Shown in pieces: positions 27,964-39,100 of a stretch of DNA of 64,000 bases (position 1 is the stretch's first letter; each line of letters begins with the position of its first letter). Position numbers and translations under genes: made by a program. The DNA lies in the IMG/VR virus record IMGVR_UViG_3300042317_001497, one strand, 5' to 3'. The notes below the pieces were generated by a model that worked only from the letters and a program-made list of their open reading frames with translations, made no database searches and had not been told where the DNA came from. The DNA comes from a virus.

Positions 27964-28376
27964 GTAGAATTATTAATATTTATATAGATATAGAACCAGA
28001 TCAAAATCAAGAATTGAATAATATACATATTGATAATATTTCAGTAGTGCCTAACTATTCTATAAATAAAATTTTGCTTCAAGACGCACAAAAGATAGAA
28101 GAAAATAAAGTTAATAAGCTTTTGACAGAAATAATGACAAAGCTTACCATGGGTGGGGAAATAATTATATCATTTATAGATTTCAACAGCCTCTGCTATG
28201 ACTATCTCAATAAGATATTAACAGACAAAGAAACAATGAAATATATTCATACTATAAAAAATATTTTATCTTTTAAAATAATAGAAAGTACACTAGATAA
28301 TAGACTATTTAGAATTGCAAAAATAGATAAAAACAAATATAATTCTATCATAACCATAGAAAGAATACAGCTATGA
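27960..28376 (+). CDS. Methyltransferase-fold-like hypothetical protein
   Basis: LLTEIMTKLTMGGEIIISFID resembles the SAM-MTase beta4-beta5 region; ATGA overlap supports a start at 27960. Confidence 0.35.
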   Translation: MSRIINIYIDIEPDQNQELNNIHIDNISVVPNYSINKILLQDAQKIEENKVNKLLTEIMTKLTMGGEIIISFIDFNSLCYDYLNKILTDKETMKYIHTIKNILSFKIIESTLDNRLFRIAKIDKNKYNSIITIERIQL

Positions 28377-29116
28377 GTATCAGTACAAACTGTCAAGACT
28401 GCATTTTTGCTCAACCAGTAGAGAGCGGCAATAAGCCCTGCTCACTAGGTATTCCGGATCTTGTACAAGACTCTAAGCCGATATCTATTAGAAATAATTA
28501 TTATTATATAGACGATTATGTTTGTAGATTTGCTTTTAGTAAAAAAATATACGAGGAACATAAAGAAGAACTAAATACTGTAGATATGGTACAACTGCTT
28601 AGTGATAGAAGTGGGATAAAATACTATTTGATTCTAAAAATAAAGAATGAAGATAACATAGAAGAACTTTGCGACACTATTAATAAATTAACCGTAAAAC
28701 CAGTATATCTATCTTTTGCTTTATGCGAGTACAGTCACACAAAAGCTCTTATAAAAACACTAGAAAATAAACTAGACAAAAATATTAAATGGAAAATTCA
28801 TAATTTCATCGAAGTAAACCATGAAAGCTTATTGATATCTAATATATTAGACACCAATAAAAAAGCTAATAATAGTCATTATTTTATTTTTTTTAATAGT
28901 GAAGAAGCTGGTAATTTAGAACAATATATAATGAGAATAAATACTATAGTAAATATAGAACAAAAATCTTTTAGTATATTAGCTAAAAAACAAGGCGAGA
29001 TAAATGGAGTTTTTGTGCCATTTGAAAATTATGTATTCCTAAGACCATATCTGGAATCTGAATATTTTTCAGAAATATTTAATAATACAAACTGTAAAGT
29101 AGAATATTATGTTTGA
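28373..29116 (+). CDS. Hypothetical protein with Cys-rich N-terminus
   Basis: CQDC...C...C at the N-terminus; coupled within the GT cluster. Confidence 0.55.
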   Translation: MSISTNCQDCIFAQPVESGNKPCSLGIPDLVQDSKPISIRNNYYYIDDYVCRFAFSKKIYEEHKEELNTVDMVQLLSDRSGIKYYLILKIKNEDNIEELCDTINKLTVKPVYLSFALCEYSHTKALIKTLENKLDKNIKWKIHNFIEVNHESLLISNILDTNKKANNSHYFIFFNSEEAGNLEQYIMRINTIVNIEQKSFSILAKKQGEINGVFVPFENYVFLRPYLESEYFSEIFNNTNCKVEYYV

Positions 29117-29777
29117 TGCTTTTATTTTAGTTCCAGAAATCACAAGAGGAATGAAATCCATAGGATCGAAAGCTCTATTAAAAATTAAACAGTCATCAGC
29201 TGTTCTAGATTATCAGATAATGCAACTTAATACTATTAAAGGGCTTGAGACTATTCATATCGGCACAGGATTTGAATCGGAAAAAATTAAAAAAAACACA
29301 AACAAGTATAGTAATATTAATATTATATTCAATGAAGAATACAAAACCACCAACCAAACAGCCTCCCTACTACTTTATCTGCAACAAAACAAGCCCAAAA
29401 ATATACTGATTATAAGTAGTGGTGTTTTATTTAAGAATCTCTTTCATCGTTGCGAACATAACAACCATTCTAAAATATATATGATTGACAAGCCTAAAAA
29501 TAATTTCAACATAGGTTGTCATGATACTGAAAGAATACAGTATTTATTTTATGATTTTCCTATAGTCTGGAGCGAGTGCGTTTATTTCAATGAAGAAACA
29601 ATGAGTAGATTACAGCATCTGTCCGATAAAAAAAATCTAAATCAAAACTATCTTTTTGAAACAATAAATATTTTATTGAATGAGAATTTAAGTTTTGATA
29701 AAGTTTTTGTAGATAAAAAAAATATACTAAAAATATCTAGTTTAAAAGATATACCAAAAGCAAAATTATTCGTATGA
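29109..29777 (+). CDS. Divergent nucleotidyltransferase (MobA/LicC/NTP_transf-like)
   Basis: FILVPEITRGMKSIGSKALL aligns to ILAAGxGxRMxxxxPKxLL; VLDYQI, IGTGFESEKI and IFNEEYKTTN. Confidence 0.6.
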   Translation: MFDAFILVPEITRGMKSIGSKALLKIKQSSAVLDYQIMQLNTIKGLETIHIGTGFESEKIKKNTNKYSNINIIFNEEYKTTNQTASLLLYLQQNKPKNILIISSGVLFKNLFHRCEHNNHSKIYMIDKPKNNFNIGCHDTERIQYLFYDFPIVWSECVYFNEETMSRLQHLSDKKNLNQNYLFETINILLNENLSFDKVFVDKKNILKISSLKDIPKAKLFV

Positions 29778-30499
29778 AACTTTTTATTCAATACTACAGG
29801 TCTAAACTTATAGATAATTTGATCTCTTTACGAGACCTAAATAATATAGATATAATATCACAATCTGTAAATAAAGATATTTACAAAATACACACACAAA
29901 ATAACTGTACGCACTATCTATTTGATGATATTTTAATAGATAATGAAATTCTAGATTTTATAACAAATCATCATGGAACTAATAAGATTAGTATCTATCA
30001 TACCAATAAATTTAATATAGATCTGTATAAAAGAATAGAAAACTTACAAATAACTCATCTGTGTCATGATAAAAATATTAATTATCCTATTATACATATA
30101 CCCACTTTATATAACCCTGGTTTATGTATCAATACCGGAGACCGTGGTAGAAAGTATCATATCATAAGCTTTCTGGAGAATATATCAGAGATACCATTAG
30201 AGTTAAAACAACATTTATACCCTAATAAGAAAATAGATATTAAATTATTTAATCATATTTTATTCAAACATCCTCAAAATATGGGAACTATTACAGAAGT
30301 TAATAAAATTGAACTATTGAATAATACTAAATATTATTTGGTAATTAATGATAAAGACTATGCGCTAGAAGCCAAACTATGCGGCGCTATTCCTATAAGC
30401 TTAGACGAGATTGAATCTTTATCGGGTGAATCGACGCAGAATATCTCAGAACTTAATACATCAACATATCTCAATTTTTTATATGATAATATACTATGA
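29774..30499 (+). CDS. Divergent glycosyltransferase-like protein
   Basis: IELLNNTKYYL...ALEAKLCGAIPI resembles the GT-B LEAxxCG motif. Confidence 0.4.
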   Translation: MKLFIQYYRSKLIDNLISLRDLNNIDIISQSVNKDIYKIHTQNNCTHYLFDDILIDNEILDFITNHHGTNKISIYHTNKFNIDLYKRIENLQITHLCHDKNINYPIIHIPTLYNPGLCINTGDRGRKYHIISFLENISEIPLELKQHLYPNKKIDIKLFNHILFKHPQNMGTITEVNKIELLNNTKYYLVINDKDYALEAKLCGAIPISLDEIESLSGESTQNISELNTSTYLNFLYDNIL

Positions 30500-30957
30500 A
30501 ATCTAAAAATTTAGGCTTGATACTAATTAAGTTACAGAATGCAGATATATATAATTCTATTGTAGACACCACACAAAAATTAATTGATAATAATCCATAT
30601 AATAATATATGCATATTCAATAGTTTCTGTGATAAAATAGACATTAAAAATATACCTATTTTACATTTGAGTCATGCGAGATTTTTCCAAGGAGATCTTA
30701 TAATATTTGATATAGCGTCTTTGTTGTTAACTAAAAATTTTACCAATATTAAAAATAGATATTTTTATGCCTACAATATTCCATGGATAGATGATCCTTC
30801 TGTTTTATTTCATCAGTGGAAATCTTTATTTGATCATAATAATATTAGTATTATAACTAAAAACCAAGAATTATTTGATATATATGAACTATGCTGGAAA
30901 AAACCTATAGGAATTACGGAGACATTTAATTATGAAGAACTTGAACAAATCATATAG
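30496..30957 (+). CDS. Hypothetical protein, last gene of the GT-like cluster
   Basis: 153-aa ORF, ATGA overlap. Confidence 0.55.
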   Translation: MKSKNLGLILIKLQNADIYNSIVDTTQKLIDNNPYNNICIFNSFCDKIDIKNIPILHLSHARFFQGDLIIFDIASLLLTKNFTNIKNRYFYAYNIPWIDDPSVLFHQWKSLFDHNNISIITKNQELFDIYELCWKKPIGITETFNYEELEQII

Positions 30958-31738
30958 TAAGCTATCTAGTCAAGAAAAAAGTAAACTGATTAATGATTTA
31001 TATACTACTAAAAATCATAGCTTTGCTGACATTGCTTCTTTATATGATACTTATGCTAATCGTATAAGAAGAGATGCTATAAAATTTAATATACCTATAC
31101 GGAATAAATCAGAAGCACAAAAAAATGCTTTGGGCTCAGGCAAGCATAAGCATCCAACAAAAGGTAAAAAAAGAGATCAACAGACCAAAGACAAAATAGG
31201 AATGGGCGTACTAAAAGCTTGGGACAAACTAGATAATGTAGAACTACAAAAACGAAAAGAAAAGATTAGAGATAATTGGGAACAAATGAGCGAAGATAAA
31301 AAAGCTTCTATAATAAAATTAGCAAACAACAGTGTTAGACATACTAGTAAAGTAGGATCAAAATTAGAAAAATTCCTATTATCAGAATTGCTTGCTCATG
31401 GCTTTGATGTAGAATTTCACAAAGAACAAAGTCTTATAAATACCAAGTTGCAGATAGACCTGTTTCTGCCTAAGATTAATATAGCAATAGAAGTAGATGG
31501 TCCGTCTCACTTTCTTCCCATCTGGGGAGAGGACGCTCTTAAAAAAACACAAACTTATGACTCCAAGAAACAAGGACTGATTTTGGGAAAAGGTTTGGTT
31601 CTTATAAGAATAAAACAAACCAAAGACTTTTCTAAGAGTAGGTCTAGATTAATATTCGATAATTTAATGAAACATATTAATATTATATCATTAAAATTTC
31701 CTCCTGTAGATCAAAGAAATTTAGAAATTAAGGACTAA
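30932..31738 (+). CDS. Putative free-standing homing endonuclease (HTH/NUMOD-like plus Vsr/DUF559 nuclease)
   Basis: HTH-like SFADIASLYDTYANRIRR; basic KGKKRDQQTKDKIG; LQIDLFLP...IEVDGPSHF. Confidence 0.65.
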   Translation: MKNLNKSYSKLSSQEKSKLINDLYTTKNHSFADIASLYDTYANRIRRDAIKFNIPIRNKSEAQKNALGSGKHKHPTKGKKRDQQTKDKIGMGVLKAWDKLDNVELQKRKEKIRDNWEQMSEDKKASIIKLANNSVRHTSKVGSKLEKFLLSELLAHGFDVEFHKEQSLINTKLQIDLFLPKINIAIEVDGPSHFLPIWGEDALKKTQTYDSKKQGLILGKGLVLIRIKQTKDFSKSRSRLIFDNLMKHINIISLKFPPVDQRNLEIKD

Positions 31739-31740
31739 TT

Positions 31741-32466
31741 ATGACACCAAAGAAAAAAGATATAGTTGAGCCTGTGAACGCAATAGCTAATGAAGTTCCT
31801 CCTGTTGTATCTCCTAATGATCCGGAATGGACTGAACATGTGCTAGGTATGCTTAATGAGGACGAGAAAATTGCAGGGAATCCTACCACAGATGGATTAC
31901 GCAGAATTTTTGAAAAATGTTTAAATTGCGATCTTATAGAATCAACTACCGAAGTAGTCCAGTCTCCTTCTCCCGAAAACGAAAAAAGGGCCACAGTAGT
32001 CCACAGGCTGGCCTTTTATTTAAAAGACGGCTCTGTTCCCGAAGAATCTAAATACAGGTCTGTAAGTGGTGCTGCTGACGTTTACTGGGGAAATTGTGAT
32101 AAGATCTATCGTAATCATCCAGTTGCCGTGGCCGAAACCAGAGCAGAGGGCAGAGCTTTGCGTAGAGGTCTAAAACTAAGAAAAGTAGTAGCGGCAGAAG
32201 AGGTTGCCAAGGATATTGAGGACCATCCAGATGAAAGTACAGTCTCTAAGATTACAAATAATCAAATTAATTTTATTGACGTAATGGCAAAAAGACTTAA
32301 TATAAATGTTAGCAAGTTATTGGAAACTAACAACTTGGAACATAAAAACATATATTTGCTGGGACATGAGGATGCTGTTTCTATCGTGAGACTACTATCC
32401 AAATTCCAACAAAATATTAGTGATATACCACCAGAAACCCTAGGCTATAATACTGAATGGAAGTGA
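31741..32466 (+). CDS. Rad52/22-like single-strand annealing protein
   Basis: ATVVHRL...SGAADVY...PVAVAETRAEGRALRRGL, the AETxAxGRAL signature. Confidence 0.55.
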   Translation: MTPKKKDIVEPVNAIANEVPPVVSPNDPEWTEHVLGMLNEDEKIAGNPTTDGLRRIFEKCLNCDLIESTTEVVQSPSPENEKRATVVHRLAFYLKDGSVPEESKYRSVSGAADVYWGNCDKIYRNHPVAVAETRAEGRALRRGLKLRKVVAAEEVAKDIEDHPDESTVSKITNNQINFIDVMAKRLNINVSKLLETNNLEHKNIYLLGHEDAVSIVRLLSKFQQNISDIPPETLGYNTEWK

Positions 32467-32470
32467 TACA

Positions 32471-32797
32471 ATGAAAGTAAATTATAAAGCAAATGATAAG
32501 CTAGAATTTGAGCTAGAAGGATCAGGACAAAAGGAAATTTTTAAAGAACTAGCCTTGATACAAGAAATATTTAGTGAAACTAAGTGTGGCTTGTGTGGTA
32601 GTACTAATATACGTTTTATAGTAAGAAATGTAGACGGTAATGACTACTACGAACTTAAGTGCAACGATTGCGGAGCTGTTCTGGCATTTGGTCAACACAA
32701 AAAGGGTGGAACCTTATTCCCAAAAAGAAAAGATGATGACGGTAATTATTTGCCAAATAAAGGATGGTATAAATATCAGTCGAATAAAAAAGACTAA
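32471..32797 (+). CDS. Zinc-ribbon hypothetical protein
   Basis: CGLCG...CNDCG. Confidence 0.65.
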   Translation: MKVNYKANDKLEFELEGSGQKEIFKELALIQEIFSETKCGLCGSTNIRFIVRNVDGNDYYELKCNDCGAVLAFGQHKKGGTLFPKRKDDDGNYLPNKGWYKYQSNKKD

Positions 32798-33160
32798 TTA
32801 CCATTTTTCTATCGGACAAGTACTATCTTTTTGAGTTAATTTGCCAGCAAATACTGTAGTATTCATAAGTATACATCCACATTTTGAACAGGTATTATTA
32901 CTGTAAAACTCACAACTCTTACAGATACCCAATCTGCGAGATACCTCTGTATCTTCGCATAAAATAACATTATCGACTGTGGATGATGCTAGGTCTTTTA
33001 TCTCTTCAATTTTTTGTTCTATGAATAGAGACGAGCACGGGAATATAGGAGGTTCCGTATTCTGATCACTAATAGTTATTTTCATTTTGCATTTAGAGCA
33101 TATATAATTATTATTTCCTAAATATATATAATCACAAAAAATATTATTTATCTTGGTCAT
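32798..33160 (-). CDS. Cys-rich small protein (DUF6171-like)
   Basis: RLGICKSC...CSKCGC...K...CPIEKW; start at 33160 or 33181. Confidence 0.55.
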   Translation of the reverse strand: MTKINNIFCDYIYLGNNNYICSKCKMKITISDQNTEPPIFPCSSLFIEQKIEEIKDLASSTVDNVILCEDTEVSRRLGICKSCEFYSNNTCSKCGCILMNTTVFAGKLTQKDSTCPIEKW

Positions 33161-36100
33161 ATTCGTATGGTATCCATTCAAAGGGTTCGAGATTATTAAA
33201 CTGATTACTATTCTTATTCTCTATACCGTCTACACTACCAAAAAATGCTCGAAAGATCATCTCATTTTGTAATTTATAATAGTCTGGTATCTCTATAGAA
33301 GAACCTGTTTCTGAATCAACAGAATGCCACGCAACAAAATAGTTGTTAACTTCGGCACCAGAATTAACTCCAGATCTATAGTAGCTACCATCAGTACCAG
33401 GAATCATATTGCTATTATGCTGATCTATATTTCTTAATTTTCTTGGTATATTTCTAAATTGAACATAAAGCCTTTCTGTACTATCCAAGTTAAAAATATC
33501 TTGAACTTTATTCTTAACATTTCCATCTGGTTCTAAATTACTCTGATTAATTAGTTCTCTTGATGGCATCCAATATTTTTCATATGCTATTACTACTACA
33601 TCTCTGTTTGTGGAGGCACCGCCTACGTTATCTGCATTTAAAGCAAAAGTTCTTGTTGGACCCCCTGCTTTGGGACCGGACATGGTAATTTCTTCCCAAG
33701 AAGTTATCGAAGGATATTGTTGTTTTTGTGCATCTACAATATCTTTTGGTACAGTATATGTGAAGGTGGTGACTTTATTATCAAACTGCATATCTTTGCC
33801 TAAACCAGGAGGAAAAGATGGTGTCTCCGTCGCACAAACATGCTGAAAATTTACTGCCGCGATAGGAATTTGACCAAGTCCTCCGGCTGCGGTTTTTATG
33901 GTAGACACACACTCATATTCTATTTTACTTAAAATTTTTATCGTAGCGTCTCTTGCTAAAGAACATCCCTGATGAGGATCTATATTAATCCAGTAATTAT
34001 CATCATTTGTTTTATTTTTTATTATAACCGCTCCATATTCATCCAGAGTTATCTCTATAGTTTCATATGGTAATACTCCGTTTAGTGGCAAGGGTTCATA
34101 TGAAACAAGGTTGACTGATGCTGTTGGAGTTGGTGTTGGTGCTAGGGTTGATCCTGTGGTGGTTGGTGTCGGGGTCTTTGTATCCTTTGTAATTTTTTTA
34201 GCATAAGTGTTTAGTGTTTGAATTATCTTATTTTTTTCATTATATAAAGTATTTAATTTATTTTTAATTATTTTTTGTGGACATTCGGTTCTACCAGAAT
34301 TGGTATAGCACTCGGGAAGATCAGGTTCAAGTTTTTTAGATAAAGATATAAGATCAGGAATACTTAGAGTATTAATTTTATCTATAGTAATATTTTCTTC
34401 ATTAGATGATACCAGATCCAAATCCGACAGCCTACCTGTTAAAATGTCGATGTCTGATTTTGTTATTGCATTTATAGGAGTTTCAACTATATAGTCATTT
34501 TCAATTTCTATATCTCCATAATCTATAGTTGTAATAGAAGTATTGCCTTCTGCATCTGGTTCAGAAGTTTTTTCAAAAAACGATTTGGTAAATTGATCGC
34601 TTTTTAAGTCAATAAAAATAAAATTTTGTTGATTTTTAAAAGTAGTTTGATTTAGAATAATTTTATTAATTTCTTTAATAAGTAATTCTTTAGCAGTATC
34701 ATTTGTGTCGTTGGATACTAATTTAAAATTATTATGTATAAAATACGATAAATCTTCCATAGAGTATGCTTTACCAGAAATTTTAGCTCCGGTCAGAATC
34801 TTTTTTTTATCTCCAAGAGTAAAAGTTATTTTATTATATTTATATTTATCGTTTTCATGATTATTGAAAATATCATAAATATTATCCAAATGATTATATT
34901 TTTCTACGCTACTAAGAATATTTGGTCTTAGAAAACTAGAGCCAGTACCATACGACCCTTCTCCTAATAGTGAAAAAAACTGATCTGGCACTATTCTTGT
35001 CTGATTATTAACTACAGATTTTTCTAAACCCCATCTATTAAATGGTAAATTTTCTGTAGAAATAGTCTTTTCTGGTTTATATACTAATAATACATCCGAC
35101 TGGAAAGTGTTAAAAGCTATGACCCCAGAGGACGGAACGACTACACTATTTGTTGATGAAAGTGTTAATATTGTATATAATAAATTATTTTTTATAATAG
35201 TTCCTGTATTTTTTATCTTATATGTGTCTTTGTTTATAGAAACTGTATTATTCTTATTAAAAAAATGATACGCTCTTGATCCTTGTATTAGTACAGAAAA
35301 AACTTTTGATTCAGATGTTCCTAGATCCGGAGTGGCAAGAGTATTTAAATCTAAATCTATAATATTATAATCTATTAAATTTTTTATTAATAATGCTTTA
35401 GTAATTTTTTCCCAACTATTTTTAGATATAAAATAAAAACCATTATTAGCAGTATTAGACAAACCCCCAACAGGGGCATTGATCTCAACTATATCTCCTT
35501 CTCTAAGCTCATCAGTTTCTCCAGACATTTTTTCATCGGTAGTTAGAGTTGTTTTTATATCCAAAATATCTCTCAGAGAAGATATTGTTGTAAAATCAAA
35601 AGTAGACAAACCTTCGCATATGTCTTTGTGTAGTCGAATAAATTTATATTTATTATTATTTAATATGGGGGTATTCGTATATTTAAAGATACTGGCTTCT
35701 AATTTATACCATATTAGTTTGTCTTTACTAATATTGAGTAAAACTTTTTCTGGATTACCAAAACCCCAAGTATCATAATCTCCTTTATTAACAAGATATG
35801 CTAAACTATTTAATAGCTCCGTATTTCTTATATCACTAAGATAAGAAAGGATCTCATTATATCCTGCTGACATATCTGTACCCAGAGATCCTAACAATCC
35901 CATTAAACCACCGCCAGCCCCTCCTATGAGTAGTCCAGGCCCCGCTAGTATTTGTAGTATAGCATGGCTAGGGAATTCTGGTGGTCTTAGAAAACTAGTT
36001 CTAGTTATTATTGGGTCATCATATACACATAAATTAATATTGTTGAAATAGTTGTTTGGAGCATTGAGATTTACTGGAGGAATAAGATACTTCTTATCTT

Positions 36101-39100
36101 CAAAACTTGCAATAAAATTATATCCCGGTATTTTAGGAGAATTATCATAGTCTATTAATCCTAAAGCGTCTTTATCTATAAATTTAGGAGAGCTACTGGT
36201 GTGTAATATCAATTCCCAGCTACACAAAGAATTGTTTAATTGTGAAGACTGGCGAATTTCTTCTGTATTTTTATAATGACTCAAAATATCGTTATTAGAC
36301 AAGTTATCATACAGCCTCATCTCGTCTGTATCTTCAACGACTGCTACTTTAAGTGTGAATTTTGTAGCTCCATATGGCAGAGCATCTGTGTCTTGAAATA
36401 ATGGTAGTTCTTTAAATTGAGCAAATTTATTGTAATATAAATTAATATGATTATTTAATAAAATTTGTTTATGTTTAAAACTGTCTATGTCATTAAATCC
36501 AGGAGCTGTTATAGTCGGTTGGATATGTAATTCGTTACTTACAACATTTTGTGTCTTATTAATATTTTGAACTAAATTATGGTTTGTTAATACATTTATA
36601 TACGGAGCCCTATCAGAAAATTTTAGAGAAACATTATATTGATTATGTGATATATGGTCTTGATTTAATAAATATAGTTTTATTTTCACAGCTGGTGGAG
36701 TCTCGTCGTCTTCTAATGTCGGACATACAGTTTCTGGTTTATTCATATTATATATAGCTTCCAAATACCTATAAGTATCTTCTGGCAAACTATTTTTTAA
36801 AGAGTCTAAACCTAATTCATTATTATATAAATAATCATCTGCATTTATTTTATTTCTCCTACTAGCACAAAATATTTTAGCTGCTTCTGGAGCAAGATCT
36901 GCTTCTAACCAAACTATTAAATTTTTAGTATTAACATAATTTAAAAAATTTAGTTTAACTTCTATGTCTTCAATTTTTAAATTATTTATTTCACTAGATT
37001 GTAATACTCTAGGATAGTCTCTGGGAATTTTTTTAGGAAGTCTTGAGCCTCTCACAGTAAAGAAATAATCTACTGAAACTTCACTACCTATATTGGTAGA
37101 GATACTACTATTGTTAATGATAGGACAAGCAGGATCCACTAAGCTTTTATTTTCATCGTATATAAATTCATCAAAAAAAACATTTTGACTATTGCCATTG
37201 TTTAAATTTCTTATGCCTAGATGGGTATTAAGGTCTTGTATTTCTTTCTGTTCGTCTTTGTCTTGTTTTGCTTCCATTTGTTCAGCATCCGGTTCTCCAA
37301 CAGATTTTTCTGGTAATATTTCTTTAGTAATTCCTAAATTAATAGAACTAGAATAAATATTAGGAACATTAATTTCATCTATATAAAGAGATTCTAAATT
37401 AGTAAATCCAGAGCCTTTAAAAGTAAAAGTTTTTCTATGTGCTGTATTAAATTTCAATGAACTAGTTTTATTCTTAATAGTATCATACTCTTTTTGATCT
37501 ATACCAGAATACTTTTGCAAAACGCTATTAGTGGTGGCAGGATCAATAATCCATCCAGAATTAGGATGAAAAACACCTTTATGAAACTCTGATATATATT
37601 CAGAATCAGCTGAATAATTTATAGGTTGAAGATAGCATAAATGTTTTGTTTTTCCATTTCTTTCAGGAACTGTCATAGGATTACCAGTCACCAAGGGTAA
37701 AGCAACTCCTGGTGCTGGATGATTAGGCAAATTTATACCCAATTTATCTATAATTTCATTAGGATATCCGCCGTATGATAGAATATCCGGAGCATACTTA
37801 TTAGATACTTTTGGATAATCAAACTTCTCTTGACCAACTCGTCCTTGATTATTATATGTATTTAAATAAAAGTAGTCAGGATAAAAAAGTTCTCTATGAT
37901 AGTCAGCGGAATCTTTATCTTTAGCAAAAAGATTTTCGTAAAAGCTTTTACACTGAGCACAGTCTGGACAATCTTTACTATCCCTCATATTCTCTAGTAT
38001 AATCTGTCTAATTTGTATTTTAGTATTATTTGGAGTATATCCTAATACTAGATCGGCATCTTTTTGTTGTACTGACTGTACGTCAAAAGCAAAACGAAAT
38101 TTACCTTCTAGTCTTGATGATTTAAAATCGCCAGCTTCATATATATATGAGTTACTTTTTAGAGGCCAAAATAATCCATATTTACTAATAGCTATTTGAG
38201 ATAATGATGGACACATTATGTTCAAATTATCAGATGATAATCTAATAGGCTCCCTAGGAAAAATAACAGGCTGATTAATAATAGATGGTTGATTTTGAAT
38301 AGTAGTAGGAGTATCAACAACATTAATTGTTACAAAATCTTGCACAGATCCATTTTCTGTAGTAACCAAACAACTAATAACATATTTACCAATACCATAG
38401 ATATAGACTGTAGGTTGAAAGTATGTTGAATTTTTTAATCTATATACTCTGTTTTTGTCTTTATTAAAGTCGCTAAATCTCAAACATTTTCCAGATACTT
38501 GGTTCCATAGAAAAGAAGAATTTGGTATACCCGTTGTCACTCTGTCTAAATTTATCTCTATTTCTTTACCTTCTTTGTATGTTTTTTTATCTACCTGATA
38601 AAGAATATCCGGCCCTGCTGTAAAAATACTATTGTTAGTATTGGTATCTTTCTTTTTAGCTATATCATATAGAGGTATTGTTTTATTCTTATTTAGTATA
38701 ATTTTACTATCTTGACTATTGATAGTAGTAGCAATAGATATATTTCCTACCGTAAAAGATTGATTGTTAAAAACGTCTATATTTTCTAAGGTTTTATCAC
38801 ACACGTTTTGTAGATTTTGGTTAATAAAAACATGAGGGCCATTTTCGAGCTTATTCTTATAAGTTAGATTAGTATCAGCCTCAATAGAGAGATAACCACT
38901 ATATTTATTTGTGATTTTTCTGAATAAAGCTTCGCTAGATGTTATATAATTATCTGATAAATTACTTTTCGCAAGTCCGAAAGATAGGTCTTTTATAGCA
39001 GTAAAAATAATTTTACAAACATCTTTTAATGCAGATATTTCATTGTCTGTATCAGACAAAGAAGTATTTAAAAAAATAGCTACTGCTGATTGAATCTCTT

